Positions 52,015 to 62,872 of a stretch of 63,342 nucleotides of DNA are shown here, one piece after another. Each line of letters starts with the position of its first letter. Positions within the stretch are counted from its first letter, which is position 1. Below the pieces are notes generated by a model. The model had not been told where the DNA came from, made no database searches, and saw only the letters and a list, made by a program, of their open reading frames with translations. The position numbers and the translations under genes are program-made. Source of the DNA: Octopus bimaculoides (lineage: Eukaryota); the NCBI RefSeq assembly GCF_001194135.2, contig NC_068997.1, positions 4,954,207-5,017,548 of the forward strand, read 5' to 3'.

Positions 52015-52311
52015 GGTCCAGATGGACTATATGTAATCTGAACCTTTCCCCCCCTTATTATTATTTTTTTTTACGGAATCCCACGTTTTAGGCTATGGAG
52101 ATTCCCAAACCTAACACTAGTTTTGTGAGATTTGGCTGTTATTTCTAGCATGTAAATAGCCTGCTTGGTGGGGGGGAGTGGGGGAATTGAAATTTTTCAA
52201 ACAATTTTTTTTCAGAATCGGAATCTGGATAGCCTAAAACGTGGGATTCCGTAAAAAAAAATAATAATAAGGGGGGGGGGAGGTTCAGATTACATATAGT
52301 CCGTCTCCGCC
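52015..52311. mobile_element. Merlin-type MITE with a perfect 8-bp TSD
   Basis: AACAGTAA|ggtccagatggactatatgtaatctgaacc...ggttcagattacatatagtccgtctccgcc|AACAGTAA; TIRs about 85 bp; 297 bp total. Confidence 0.9.
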
Positions 52312-52610
52312 AACAGTAATATTGCAAAACAATTATAAAGTAAAAGTGAATAATACAATGCACGTGTATTTAGTAATTATGACTCTATTAGGTTGCTAAA
52401 TATAAAATCGGCTGATAGTTTAAATAAAACAAGCTACAGTGCCTTTCTCTTTCTCCCTCTAATTTCTAAATATGTGTATATTATTACTTAAATAAAAATA
52501 AACCCTTAGACAAGTTCTTTGTCTTGTTCATAATTTTATATTATTATTATTATATAACATTTGGTTAGCAAAAAGAATTTACACAACTTCCAGTTTAGCA
52601 TGAAGGATAC

Positions 52611-52797
52611 AAATAGCAAGAACACAGCCACCAATGAGAAACCCTGTCATCAAATTGCGTCGTTTTAGACTTTTGATATTCTGCGCTCTTTCTTTGTTTA
52701 TAGACTCCAATTTACGAACGAAATATTTCTGCGACTCGCTTAAACCAGCGAATTCCTTCTGCATGTCGACCTTCGGCATTTGTCTGTTCTCCGCCAT
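52611..52797 (-). CDS. COA3: COA3 exon 1 MAENRQMPKVDMQKEFAGLSESQKYFVRKLESINKERAQNIKSLKRRNLMTGFLIGGCVLAI(Y)
   Basis: ATG at 52797 (aacATGG). RN..TG..IG..VLAIY matches COA3/CCDC56. 187 nt = 62 codons + 1; total protein 92 aa. Confidence 0.93.
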
Positions 52798-53149
52798 GTT
52801 TGCTGCTACACCGGAAGTGGTATTTGAAAACTCCACAGCTAAAGACGGAAACAGCCGCGACGAACTTTTCTGTGACTATAATTATTTTCTATTAGGAGAG
52901 TATTGTACTTCGCTTGAAGCATTGTGTATTGTTTGTAAAAAAAATAATAAATAATTATAATAATAATGTGTTTTGAATGGCAAACAATGCACTATTATAA
53001 CAACAATGGACTATAATTACTGTTGTAATTTAATCATCTATAGTCTGATATAATATTTCGGAATATAAGCATTCCTGCTTCAGATAATTCTAGTCACATC
53101 TAGATGCATTATAGAAATATTAAATCTCTCCTTCGAACTTCACAAGCTT

Positions 53150-53398
53150 GGTACTACTAAAGCAGCGCGGACCCGAACGCGCAGTCGCGCGTCCGCGCCA
53201 GCTAGTCGTGAGTGGTCGATCCTAACCCTAAACACGTATTCATTTGCACACGCGGGATAGGGTTAGGGTTAAGGTTAAGGTTAGAGTTAGGGATAGGGTT
53301 AGGGACAGGGTTAGGGTTAGGGTTAGGATCGACCACTCAAGACTAGCTAGCGTGGCCGCGCGACTGCGCGTTCAGGTCCGCGCTGCTTTCGTAGTACC
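53150..53398. mobile_element. CpG-rich MITE with 82-bp TIRs enclosing telomeric (TTAGGG)n-like repeats
   Basis: TIRs ggtactactaaagcagcgcgg...gatcctaaccctaa match at 76/82. Flanks cacaagctt / cacaagctc. Internal G-rich tract 53254-53327. Confidence 0.9.
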
Positions 53399-53659
53399 CA
53401 CAAGCTCTTTATTTTAACCGCGACACGATTCGAACTCAAAATGTAAAGGACCGTAACAAATATCGCAAACTATTTTGTGCGACGCTCTAACGATTCTGCC
53501 AATCAAACACATCGGCTTGCTGGAAAGAGCAACCAAATCTCCCTCAAATCACACAGTACCCTACTTAATAACTACACTGGACAGTGTTGCCTACAATAGA
53601 TATACATTGTTCAGTTTAATTAGATTAAAAAATTAAGGGGGAGATAAGTCAACTTTTTA

Positions 53660-53900
53660 CACACCACTGGCGAAATATGACTTCTCTCAAAAAATGAATG
53701 GTAACGAACAGATTTGCTCCTTTTACAACTCTTGCAGTGCCATAATTTTCCATCAGTAACGTCACGGAGTAGTAAGGCCACATGGGGATTACAATTTTCA
53801 CAGGTGCAGATATTCATAACTAGTCGACACCGCGCCAACCACTGAAGAATGTTGTCTCCAGCTTTTCCTAATTGAATGATAGTCCACGATTCTTCTAAGA
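53660..53900 (-). mobile_element. Merlin-type transposase N-terminal (Cys-rich) fragment
   Basis: ILQWLARCRLVMNICTCENC...DVTDGKLWHCKSCKRSKSVRYHSFFERSHIS is typical of the eukaryotic IS1595/Merlin N-terminus. Confidence 0.7.
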
Positions 53901-54444
53901 CAGATTCGTCCCTTTGCTTCTTTTACTACTTATCCTCCCCCTTAATTTACTTTTTAATCTAAGCAAACTGAATGTTTACCATATATATATATATANNNNN
54001 NNNNNNNNNNNNNNNNNNNNNNNNNNNNNNNNNNNNNNNNNNNNNNNNNNNNNNNNNNNNNNNNNNNNNNNNNNNNNNNNNNNNNNNNNNNNNNNNNNNN
54101 NNNNNNNNNNNNNNNNNNNNNNNNNNNNNNNNNNNNNNNNNNTGTGTTTTTGTGTGTGTGTGTATACGTGTGCGTGCGCGCGCATGCGTGTGTGTGTGTG
54201 TGTGTGTGTGCCTCTGTATCTGAAAGGAGTTTCATTGGAAAAGAGAAGGGAAGGAAGGAAGGAATTGTGTTTACATCTATACAGTTGATTAGTTCCAAAA
54301 AGGTAGGAGAGAAATATGAGAACCTAGGTAACTGGGTTCAATTCTAGTTGGTACAAAAATGTCCGACTATCTGGGTTTCTTGCCATTTTTAGGCTCTGTT
54401 GTTCCAAAGTTGAAGAACCTAGATGGGTTGTGATTTTCATGTTT

Positions 54445-54642
54445 TCAGCTATTCAGTTTCGGTGAGAATTTTGTTATGAAGTATTTCTCCATATTTTTCC
54501 TGAAGGAGGTGTCATTTCTTGGGCATTTATAGAAGAGAAAGATCTTAAATATTCCTTCTCAACATGCTTCTAGGTGTTCACTCAGTGGAATTTTCCGTAG
54601 TTCCTCCTGTCGGACATGTTGTCGGTGAATTCTGGCTCGTGT
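54445..54642 (-). mobile_element. Penelope-like element GIY-YIG endonuclease C-terminal fragment
   Basis: TRARIHRQHVRQEELRKIPLSEHLEAC*EGIFKIFLFYKCPRNDTSFRKNMEKYFITKFSPKLNS*, with one internal stop. The R..H...HL...E..FI.KF.P.LN pattern is typical of PLE GIY-YIG ends. Confidence 0.75.
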
Positions 54643-55673
54643 GTAGTGGTTAGCGATCTATCATGGCGAATGCCGGACAGAAGGGTTACACAGGAGAATT
54701 AAGAAGAAGGGGAGATAACAAAGTAGTAGTGATCCCAAAGTGAAGGTGCGTGTGTGTAAGAGAGTGCTGGTGATCTTGATGTGTGCATGTGTCTATGTGT
54801 AGGTGTGAAAATGTGGGGATGGGAATTGGTGTAAGGGCTGGGATGGGGTGGGATGAGAAGGTGGGGTAGGATTGTGTAGGGGTGGGGTGGGCTTATGAGG
54901 GAGGGTTGACGATGAAGGGGGAAAGGGAAGGTGGGTATGAGAGAAAGAGAGTAAGAGAGAAAGAGAGTAGGGGTGAAGAGAAGTAAAGAGAAGTAGGAGT
55001 CAGAGCAAGAGAGGAGAGGGGGGTGGGAGGAAGTAGGCAGGAGGGGGAGAAAGGCAAGGGGTGGAGGTTAGATGAAGAGGGGAGGAGAGTTGAGCCCATG
55101 TGGNNNNNNNNNNNNNNNNNNNNNNNNNNNNNNNNNNNNNNNNNNNNNNNNNNNNNNNNNNNNNNNNNNNNNNNNNNNNNNNNNNNNNNNNNNNNNNNNN
55201 NNNNNNNNNNNNNNNNNNNNNNNNNNNNNNNNNNNNNNNNNNNNNNNNNNNNNNNNNNNNNNNNNNNNNNNNNNNNNNNNNNNNNNNNNNNNNNNNNNNN
55301 NNNNNNNNNNNNNNNNNNNNNNNNNNNNNNNNNNNNNNNNNNNNNNNNNNNNNNNNNNNNNNNNNNNNNNNNNNNNNNNNNNNNNNNNNNNNNNNNNNNN
55401 NNNNNNNNNNNNNNNNNNNNNNNNNNNNNNNNNGTGGTGGCGTTGGTGGTGGTGGTTGTGGTGGCGGTGGTGGTGGTGGTGGTGGTGGTGGAAGTGTTGC
55501 AGAGATGTTACATAATTGATAAGTGCTTAATTAATGTGCAGTACTGAGTGTAGTGGCCTGAACAGGATGCAGTCCATACAAATAAAGGCAGTAGCAGGAG
55601 AAAGAGAAGGAAGAGAAGGAACTGTGGCCACTGAGCACTGATTCCTCAAGAGGAAAAAAAGGTTAAAACTGCC

Positions 55674-55705
<32 letters not shown>

Positions 55706-56285
55706 CCACCAATGTACAAGTCTCTACCTGGTCATTTGACCTGTTAAAAATTGCAGCTAAATCTTCCCCAAATCATAATCAACTGCCACCTTAACAAAAT
55801 AGGGGTAGACATAACAGAACCTGAAATATGCAATACTTTCAAGTAAGATGAGATGATCATTTCTGGAATACCTTTGATTGTAGGTCTGCTCAATCAGAGC
55901 TAATCTGGAGCTAAACCACAGCAGCATTTATGATCACCCAACCTGCTAGAAATAGCAGTCAAATGATCATGAAATGAACATACCCTATTGTCTTAAATAA
56001 TATTATATAATATAGATCTACATTAAAAAAAGCATGATGGTCATGGCTTGGGCACCTTTAAACATAAGATGTTTCAGTCAGGGATGACTTTGGACTAAAC
56101 AGCAATAACACCAACAACTAGAACAGCATCAACAACAACAGTATCAATAGCAGTAACTACAATAATAACAATAAGCATGAACAATAATAGGATCAATAAC
56201 AGTAACAACAACAGCAACAACAACAACAACAGCATCGCCAACAGTATAAATAAACAACTGCACCAACAACAGTAACATCAACATC

Positions 56286-56328
<43 letters not shown>

Positions 56329-56498
56329 CAAGTGAGTGAGTGTCTTGAAAACATGTACCATGGTCTCATAAATTTTTTAGATGTTGATGCAACCACAAGC
56401 AAAGACACCTTCTTAGTATCCTGCCCCTGATCTAGTGGCACATTCAAGATGTGATATCCGAAGGGAGTGACTGAGAGAAAGAGAGAGAGAGGGAGTGA

Positions 56499-56538
<40 letters not shown>

Positions 56539-56759
56539 TGCACTAGCAATCAGCTGATACAGCTGAGTAAACTGAACCAATGTGAAATGAAGTGCCTTGC
56601 TCAAGGACACAAAGCATTACCCAATTCAGGACATTATGATTGTACTTCAAACACTTTAAATATTTGGCTATGCTATGTCACAAGCATGTACATATATTAG
56701 CTGACATTTCTTCATCGTTGAGAATGCTCCAAAGGTTTATGAAACTCTGAGACCATTTG

Positions 56760-57200
56760 CTAGTGTGTGAGTTGCAAGTTCAATCCTCACAAGTCCCTTG
56801 ATTCATGGCACAGCTGGGTAAAAATGACAGTCTGCCATAGTTCACCATGGACAAAGGATAAAGGACAAAGACCCCCATGGTTCATGAATGACCAAGGGAT
56901 TGCACCTAGAAAGTTCCCTTCCAAGGCACAAGTCCAGGCAAGATTGTTTATGGAAGGCCAGTAGTCACCCATGCATACCAGCCACCCCTCTCCATGCCAA
57001 AGATGTTATCCGAGGGAAAGGCAGGGGCCGGTATAACTTGGCACCAGTGACGTTGCAACTCATTTCTACAGCTGAGTGAACTGGAGCAACATGAAATAAA
57101 GTGTCTTGCTCAAGAACACAACACACAGCCTGGTCCAAGAATCGAACTTACTACCTCATGATTGTGAGCCTGATACTCTAATCACTGAGCCATGTGCCTC
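56760..57200 (-). mobile_element. tRNA-headed SINE (family C), with the cttgagcaagacactt core
   Basis: The minus-strand head ggctcagtgattagagtatcaggctcacaatcatgaggtagtaagttcgattc has A/B boxes. Shorter relatives occur at about 22400, 38880, 56560 and 57840. Confidence 0.7.
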
Positions 57201-57586
57201 CACCATGACACCGTCTTAGTGCAAGAAAGGTAATGACACACCCAGTGGTGAGAACTAAATGCCTGTATAGAATTTGAACTTAGAATGTGAAGAACCAGGA
57301 TAGTAGAATAGATAACACAAATTACCTCATCCAATGCACTAACAATTCTGCCAATCCACATCCCTGGACTCATATCCATTGCCCTGGACTCATATCCACT
57401 ACCTAAGACTTATATTTACTACTCTGAATGTGTATCCACTGTCCTCGACTTCTTTCCCTATTTATTGAGCCCCAAAATGCTGGAAAGCAAAATTGATCAT
57501 TGCAGGATTTGAACACAAAGCACAAAGAATCAGAACAAATGCCATACAGTATTTTATCTGGCACCCTACTAACTCTACTAATTTGC

Positions 57587-57623
<37 letters not shown>

Positions 57624-58637
57624 AAAAGTACAAAATGTACAACTATCACTTGCAAGTGAGTATGGCTCTCATTATTGTTTTAGTAGTCTTAGTCTTGGGC
57701 AGACATAGGTACTCCCTTGACCCAGTGGAACCTTCAGGATGTAACAGCTGGAAAGAGAGAGAGAAGGAGAGAGAGAGAGAGAGGGGTGGGTGGGGGGTGG
57801 GGGGAGGATTGCACTTGCACTTGTCTGAGGCTCATTTTCAGCCAGAATAGACTGGAGTAAGGTGAAACAAAGTGCTTTGCCAAGGATACAATGTACCAAC
57901 TGGTCTGAGAATTGAACCAACGTTCTAACCATTGGACCAAGAGCTGAATACCCTCACCACTGGGTCATAAACGAAACAACAAGAAAAACAATCCAAATGA
58001 CAACAATAACACCTACAACTTGATATACCTGAAACTGTAGAACTGTGGACAATACTAAATTGTTCGGTTGACTACCTTTATGCTCAATCAAGCTTGACAT
58101 GGACAACATCAATAACAAGAACAATGTCGTGTACAAATGACACTAAAAAATATATTTTCAAATTGAAAGTGTCTGTAAAGTGCTGGTAGGTGGCCACTTG
58201 GTACCAGCAAAAGCAAAATTTCAGGTTTGGGTTGGGCAAATTTTAAAGATAATATAAATTCAAAGTTTCTCCCAAACAAATGATATTATGACTCAAAATA
58301 TTTAAAACTCAGTGTTGGGTTCTTTTAAGTGTTCAATGGAACAGAAAGCATTAATTTAACTGGAAATCTCTGTTCAATTCAACCATGACTCAATGTCTTT
58401 GATTACATAACAATTGAGCCTCTACAAACAGATTCTATTTTACTCCCAAAACAGCTATTGATATCAAGTATCACTGCTATTTTAGACTGGGTGTAGCAGT
58501 AGTGGTGATGGTGGTGGTTGAGGTGGATGAGGTGGTTGTTGTAGTAGTAGTAGTAGTGCTGGTGGTAGTGCAGTTGGTGCAAATTTATGGGCCATCAAAC
58601 AAAAACTTTCATGATACCTAGTTTTGTTTGAGAGATG

Positions 58638-58720
<83 letters not shown>

Positions 58721-59100
58721 TGAAGAAGTTGGTAGAAATTTGCAGTATATATTTTTATCCCAGGCCATTGTAATGAATCCATAGTAAACACCAAAAATAC
58801 TTCAATCCTCAGTGCATCTGTCCACTTCAAGTGTCTTCTGTTATAACTCCAGGCTGAACAAAGTTTTGTCAGTGGATTTTGAAAGGCAGAAATTGAAAGA
58901 ATCCTGTCACAATCGTGCATGTGCGCGCACATCTACACGTATGTGTGTGTGTGCGTATGTGTGTATGTGCGTGTGTGTGCATGCATGTGTGTGTGTGCAT
59001 GAGCACACGTGTGTGTATGCATACATATGTATATACATACATATCTATATTTACATACACACATGCATGCACGCATACACACTCACATATACACACAAAT

Positions 59101-59235
59101 CAAAAATGGAAGATGGGCAAGCAAAGCATTTGGTGTCACTCAAAGCTATTTTCTTCCTAATAAAGAGTACAAATAAAGTATAAATAAAGTTATGGTAGTA
59201 ATGCCAAATGCTTTGCTTGTCCATCTCCCATTTTG
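59101..59235. repeat. 135-bp inverted repeat (about 39-bp arms, AT-rich spacer)
   Basis: caaaaatggaagatgggcaagcaaagcatttggtgtcact ... agtaatgccaaatgctttgcttgtccatctcccattttg. Confidence 0.75.
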
Positions 59236-59407
59236 TATCTGTTTACTCCCACTGGATCAGATACCACTTCTAACCTCCTGGGGTAGGCAATTTTATTGTC
59301 TCATTTCCATTTGTACTTCAAGCCAGCATTTTAGTGGTAAACTGATCTGAACACTCATTGTACATACCTATCAATATATGTCAATCGATGTATACACCTT
59401 GCATTTC

Positions 59408-59442
<35 letters not shown>

Positions 59443-59749
59443 CATACATACCCTTCTCTACTTTCCTTCAATGTATATTTGTCATCCTGGTACACTCTTT
59501 CTGCATTCCTTATATTCACCCTTTCACCTATTCCCTATCTCCAACTATCTTTCACTCTCCCACGCTTGCAATTTCTTTCTACCCATGCTCCCTGTTCTAC
59601 TGCTTCCTGTTCTACTGCTCCCACTTACTTCTATCCATCTTCACTATTTTATCTCTTCCCATCTCCACCCTGGTTACTTCCACCCTCTCTTCAATAATGT
59701 AAGTAGTTATATAGTTACAAAAAGAGCCACCTATGTGACTTAACCTCAC

Positions 59750-60612
59750 TCAAATCAGAGATAAGTTTGAAGCAGATGAAACTGTTCAGAATGTCTACAA
59801 GAAATGTTCAATGAACAAGGACATTGACGAGCCCCACAAAACAAGAAATTGTAGTATGAATGTATTGCCAGAGTTCAAGAAAATCTATGTGGCAAGCAAG
59901 TGGTGAGATAGGAATTTCAAAATCAAAATCAATGGAGAAGATGCATACCTTCCAACAGAGACTTTTTAGAATGATGAGGCTACATTTAAACTGAATGACT
60001 CAATTACCCACCACACTTATAACTACTGGGGTCTTAAGAATCTGCATATTACAAATGAATGTCATGTTAATTTAGCTGTAGTTACAGTATAATGTAGCTG
60101 GTCATCAAAAGGGTTAATTAGTTCATTCTTTTTAGATGGCACTGTGACCAGTCCCATTATTTGAATTGTTGTGTCAAGTATTCAAGAGGATTTTGAAGAT
60201 GTAGTGTTATATTTCCAACAACCAGATAGGACACTTCCATTCCACCATAGTAATGTAAAGGCCTACATTGATGAGATTGTAGCAAACAGGTGGATTGGAC
60301 GAAGAGGTTCAGTAGAATAGCTTCCACATTCACTGAATTTCACATCACTAGACATTTTTAAGTGAGGGCAGCCATTAAGCAAGAATATGCACAGATACTT
60401 TAGGAAATGTTTCTTGACGTTTGCAATTACATTGTTTTGTATTATCCGAAATGTCTGAATCAGAATGGTCATCAGTTTGGAAACAGGTGCTCATAAAAAA
60501 GAAAGAAATTCTGAGTGTAGATTCTATAAAATTTTGAAAATGAAATATATTTTGATAAACTCTGACTTTAAAATTATTCAATATGTGTATACATCCGTGA
60601 GGGATGTCCTAT
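59750..60612 (+). mobile_element. Decayed Tc1/mariner-superfamily transposase
   Basis: DEATFKLN...FFLDGTVT...YFQQ...WIGRRGSVE*LPHSLNFTSLDIF (from WIGRRG..WPPRSPDLTPLDFF); the right end gggatgtcctata is TIR-like. Confidence 0.7.
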
Positions 60613-60989
60613 ATACATACATATATATATATATGTGTGTGTATAAGTATATCATCATTTAATGTCTGTTATTCCATGCTGGTGTGTGTGTGTGTGTGTG
60701 TGTTATAAAGCTATGCTAGAAGACATTATGAACCAATATATTTGATTTTTGGCATGTGGAACCGTTAATCCAGACACATTTTTTTCTTCCTTCCCTCCGT
60801 TTTCTTTCCTCTTTCCTTTCATTCAAAGAGCATAGGCTCAAAATGTCAAAGACTTTTCCATTTTACAAGAGCCCTGGACTAACATACCTTGTTTGTTGTT
60901 CCCTCGCCTGTCTCTGTCTTTTGTTTTTTGTACATCTGAACCATATATATGATGTGCGTGCATGCGTGCATGCATGTGTGTGTGTGTGT

Positions 60990-61590
60990 GTGTGACAGGA
61001 ATTTCAGATGGTAATTGGGAGAGAGAAACATAAGACTGAAATGGATGGAGGAAAATTAGTGCACAGTGGTTGTTCAGTGTTTGAAAGAAAAAGAATCAAG
61101 CACGAGAAAATCGAGAGAAAGCTGAGAAAGAATGAACCAATAGAAAATGAAAGAGCGTTATTTTTTGTGTGTGTAATTTGTAGGAGGAAATGATTGAGTT
61201 ATGCAAGCCTGGTCAGCCATCAGAGAAGTTATAGGAATCAACCCCACGTAAATTGTGATATGGTTATTGTTCACAACAGAATATGTGCAACTTGTGGAAA
61301 GATGTGCCGTTTAGTTGGAGGATTAAAAAGACATGTCAAAAGACTTCATACTGTGGCACCTGTTCCTTCCATCAGCCAGCACAACTGTGCATTATGCAAT
61401 AAAATGGGCAAATCTTTGGCAGGGCTCAAGAGTCATATAAGGGCCTCACATTGCATTATCAATGACTCATTTCAATGATTCTTTCTAGCAATGGCTTTGC
61501 TTGTATACGAGAAGGCAGCCGCTCTCTATGTATGTATGTATGTATGTATGTATGTATGTATGTATGTATGTATGTGTGTATGTAGGTATG
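60990..61590 (+). mobile_element. RTE-type LINE 3' end carrying C2H2-like zinc fingers, (TATG)n tail
   Basis: FERKRIKHEKIERKLRK precedes CATCGKMCRLVGGLKRHVKRLH and CALCNKMGKSLAGLKSHIRASH; an upstream finger is broken by a stop. No splice structure; ends in a simple-repeat tail. Confidence 0.65.
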
Positions 61591-62872
61591 TATGTACAAA
61601 TCAAAGTATACAGTATTATAAATGCATCCCAGCCGATATTACCAATCAATTTTGCACCAGGCAGTAGATAACCAGATCGGCTGAAATGGATCTATAATAC
61701 TCTTTCTTTTGATTAATATACCAACTCTATCAATAAATATATGAGTATACTTTTTACAAACTGTGGATTCTTAGAATACTATATATATTCATAATACACA
61801 CACATGCTCACGCACATGCACACACGGACGGACACACACACATGCACACTTGCGCACACACACGCACAACACACACACTCACAAACACTAATGTTGTATG
61901 CTTCTTAAAGTTTGTGCAAAGAAGACCAACCAGTTTATTATTAAAACAGTCTTATTTAACACTTGAAATAATCTGTTTAATACAAATACTGTAATATTAC
62001 TTTCTCAATTCTACTCAAAGAAACCTTTACTCTTTCTTCTTTCAGTTATTGTTTCTTCCTTCTTTCTCTCTCTCTCTCTCTTTCTCTATTCCTTTATTTC
62101 TTTCTTTCTGTCTTTCTTTCTTTCTTTCTTTCTTACTGACTGACATTGACGATGACGACATTGACAATGACGACATTGACGGTGACAATGATGACAACAA
62201 CATAGATGATGACAATGATGATGACAGCAATGATGACGGTGGTGGTTGAGAGAAGAATAATGAGGATGATGCTAGTGGCAACGACAAGGATGAAAATAAC
62301 AGCAATGGTGGTGGTGGTGGTGGTGAAAATAAAGATGCTGATGAAGTCAACAGGGTGTTAGCTAGGACTAGAACTCTCTTGGTCACAGGTCTACTGGTTC
62401 ATGGTTGACCTGGGGCTAAACAACTATAGCATCAATTCATCTTTTGCAAGGGTTTATCCCATTTCAATGCAGCGTCCGCTTGTCCCAACTGATATGTCAT
62501 ATCACCTGGCATTAAACCATCCCCCACATTTTGTCATATTTTGCAGTGCAGCTGATTCCAAAGAAGAATCAACCTCAGTACTTGGATAAGTGCTTTATTT
62601 ATCAGACCCAGAGAGGATAAAGGCAAAGTTGATCTTGGCAAAAAATGAACCCTGTATCTGACTCACAGGAAATTGTACATTCCACTTCTTAATGTAATGT
62701 CACTCCATATATATATAAANNNNNNNNNNNNNNNNNNNNNNNNNNNNNNNNNNNNNNNNNNNNNNNNNNNNNNNNNNNNNNNNNNNNNNNNNNNNNNNNN
62801 NNNNNNNNNNNNNNNNNNNNNNNNNNNNNNNNNNNNNNNNNNNNNNNNNNNNNNNNNNNNNNNNNNNNNNNN

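Larger units (their letters stand above)
44477..52610 (-). other. COA3: U12-type (minor spliceosome) GT-AG intron of COA3, 8134 nt
   Basis: 5' splice site T|GTATCCTTCA (52610-52601). Branch site TGCCTTAAC (44494-44486) lies about 11 nt from the AG, with no polypyrimidine tract between. Confidence 0.9.

Noticed and set aside
52579-52836. Single-exon 85-aa ORF as the COA3 product
   Set aside because: It reads through the U12 donor and starts at an upstream non-ATG codon; the spliced 92-aa model restores the conserved C-terminus.
53254-53327. Telomeric tract as a chromosome end or fusion scar
   Set aside because: It is short, degenerate and enclosed by TIRs and a TSD, so it arrived with a mobile element.
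54893-56549. Low-complexity ORFs (poly-V/L/G/W, SLSLSL, YIYIYI) here and throughout the track
   Set aside because: These are translations of microsatellites and N gaps.
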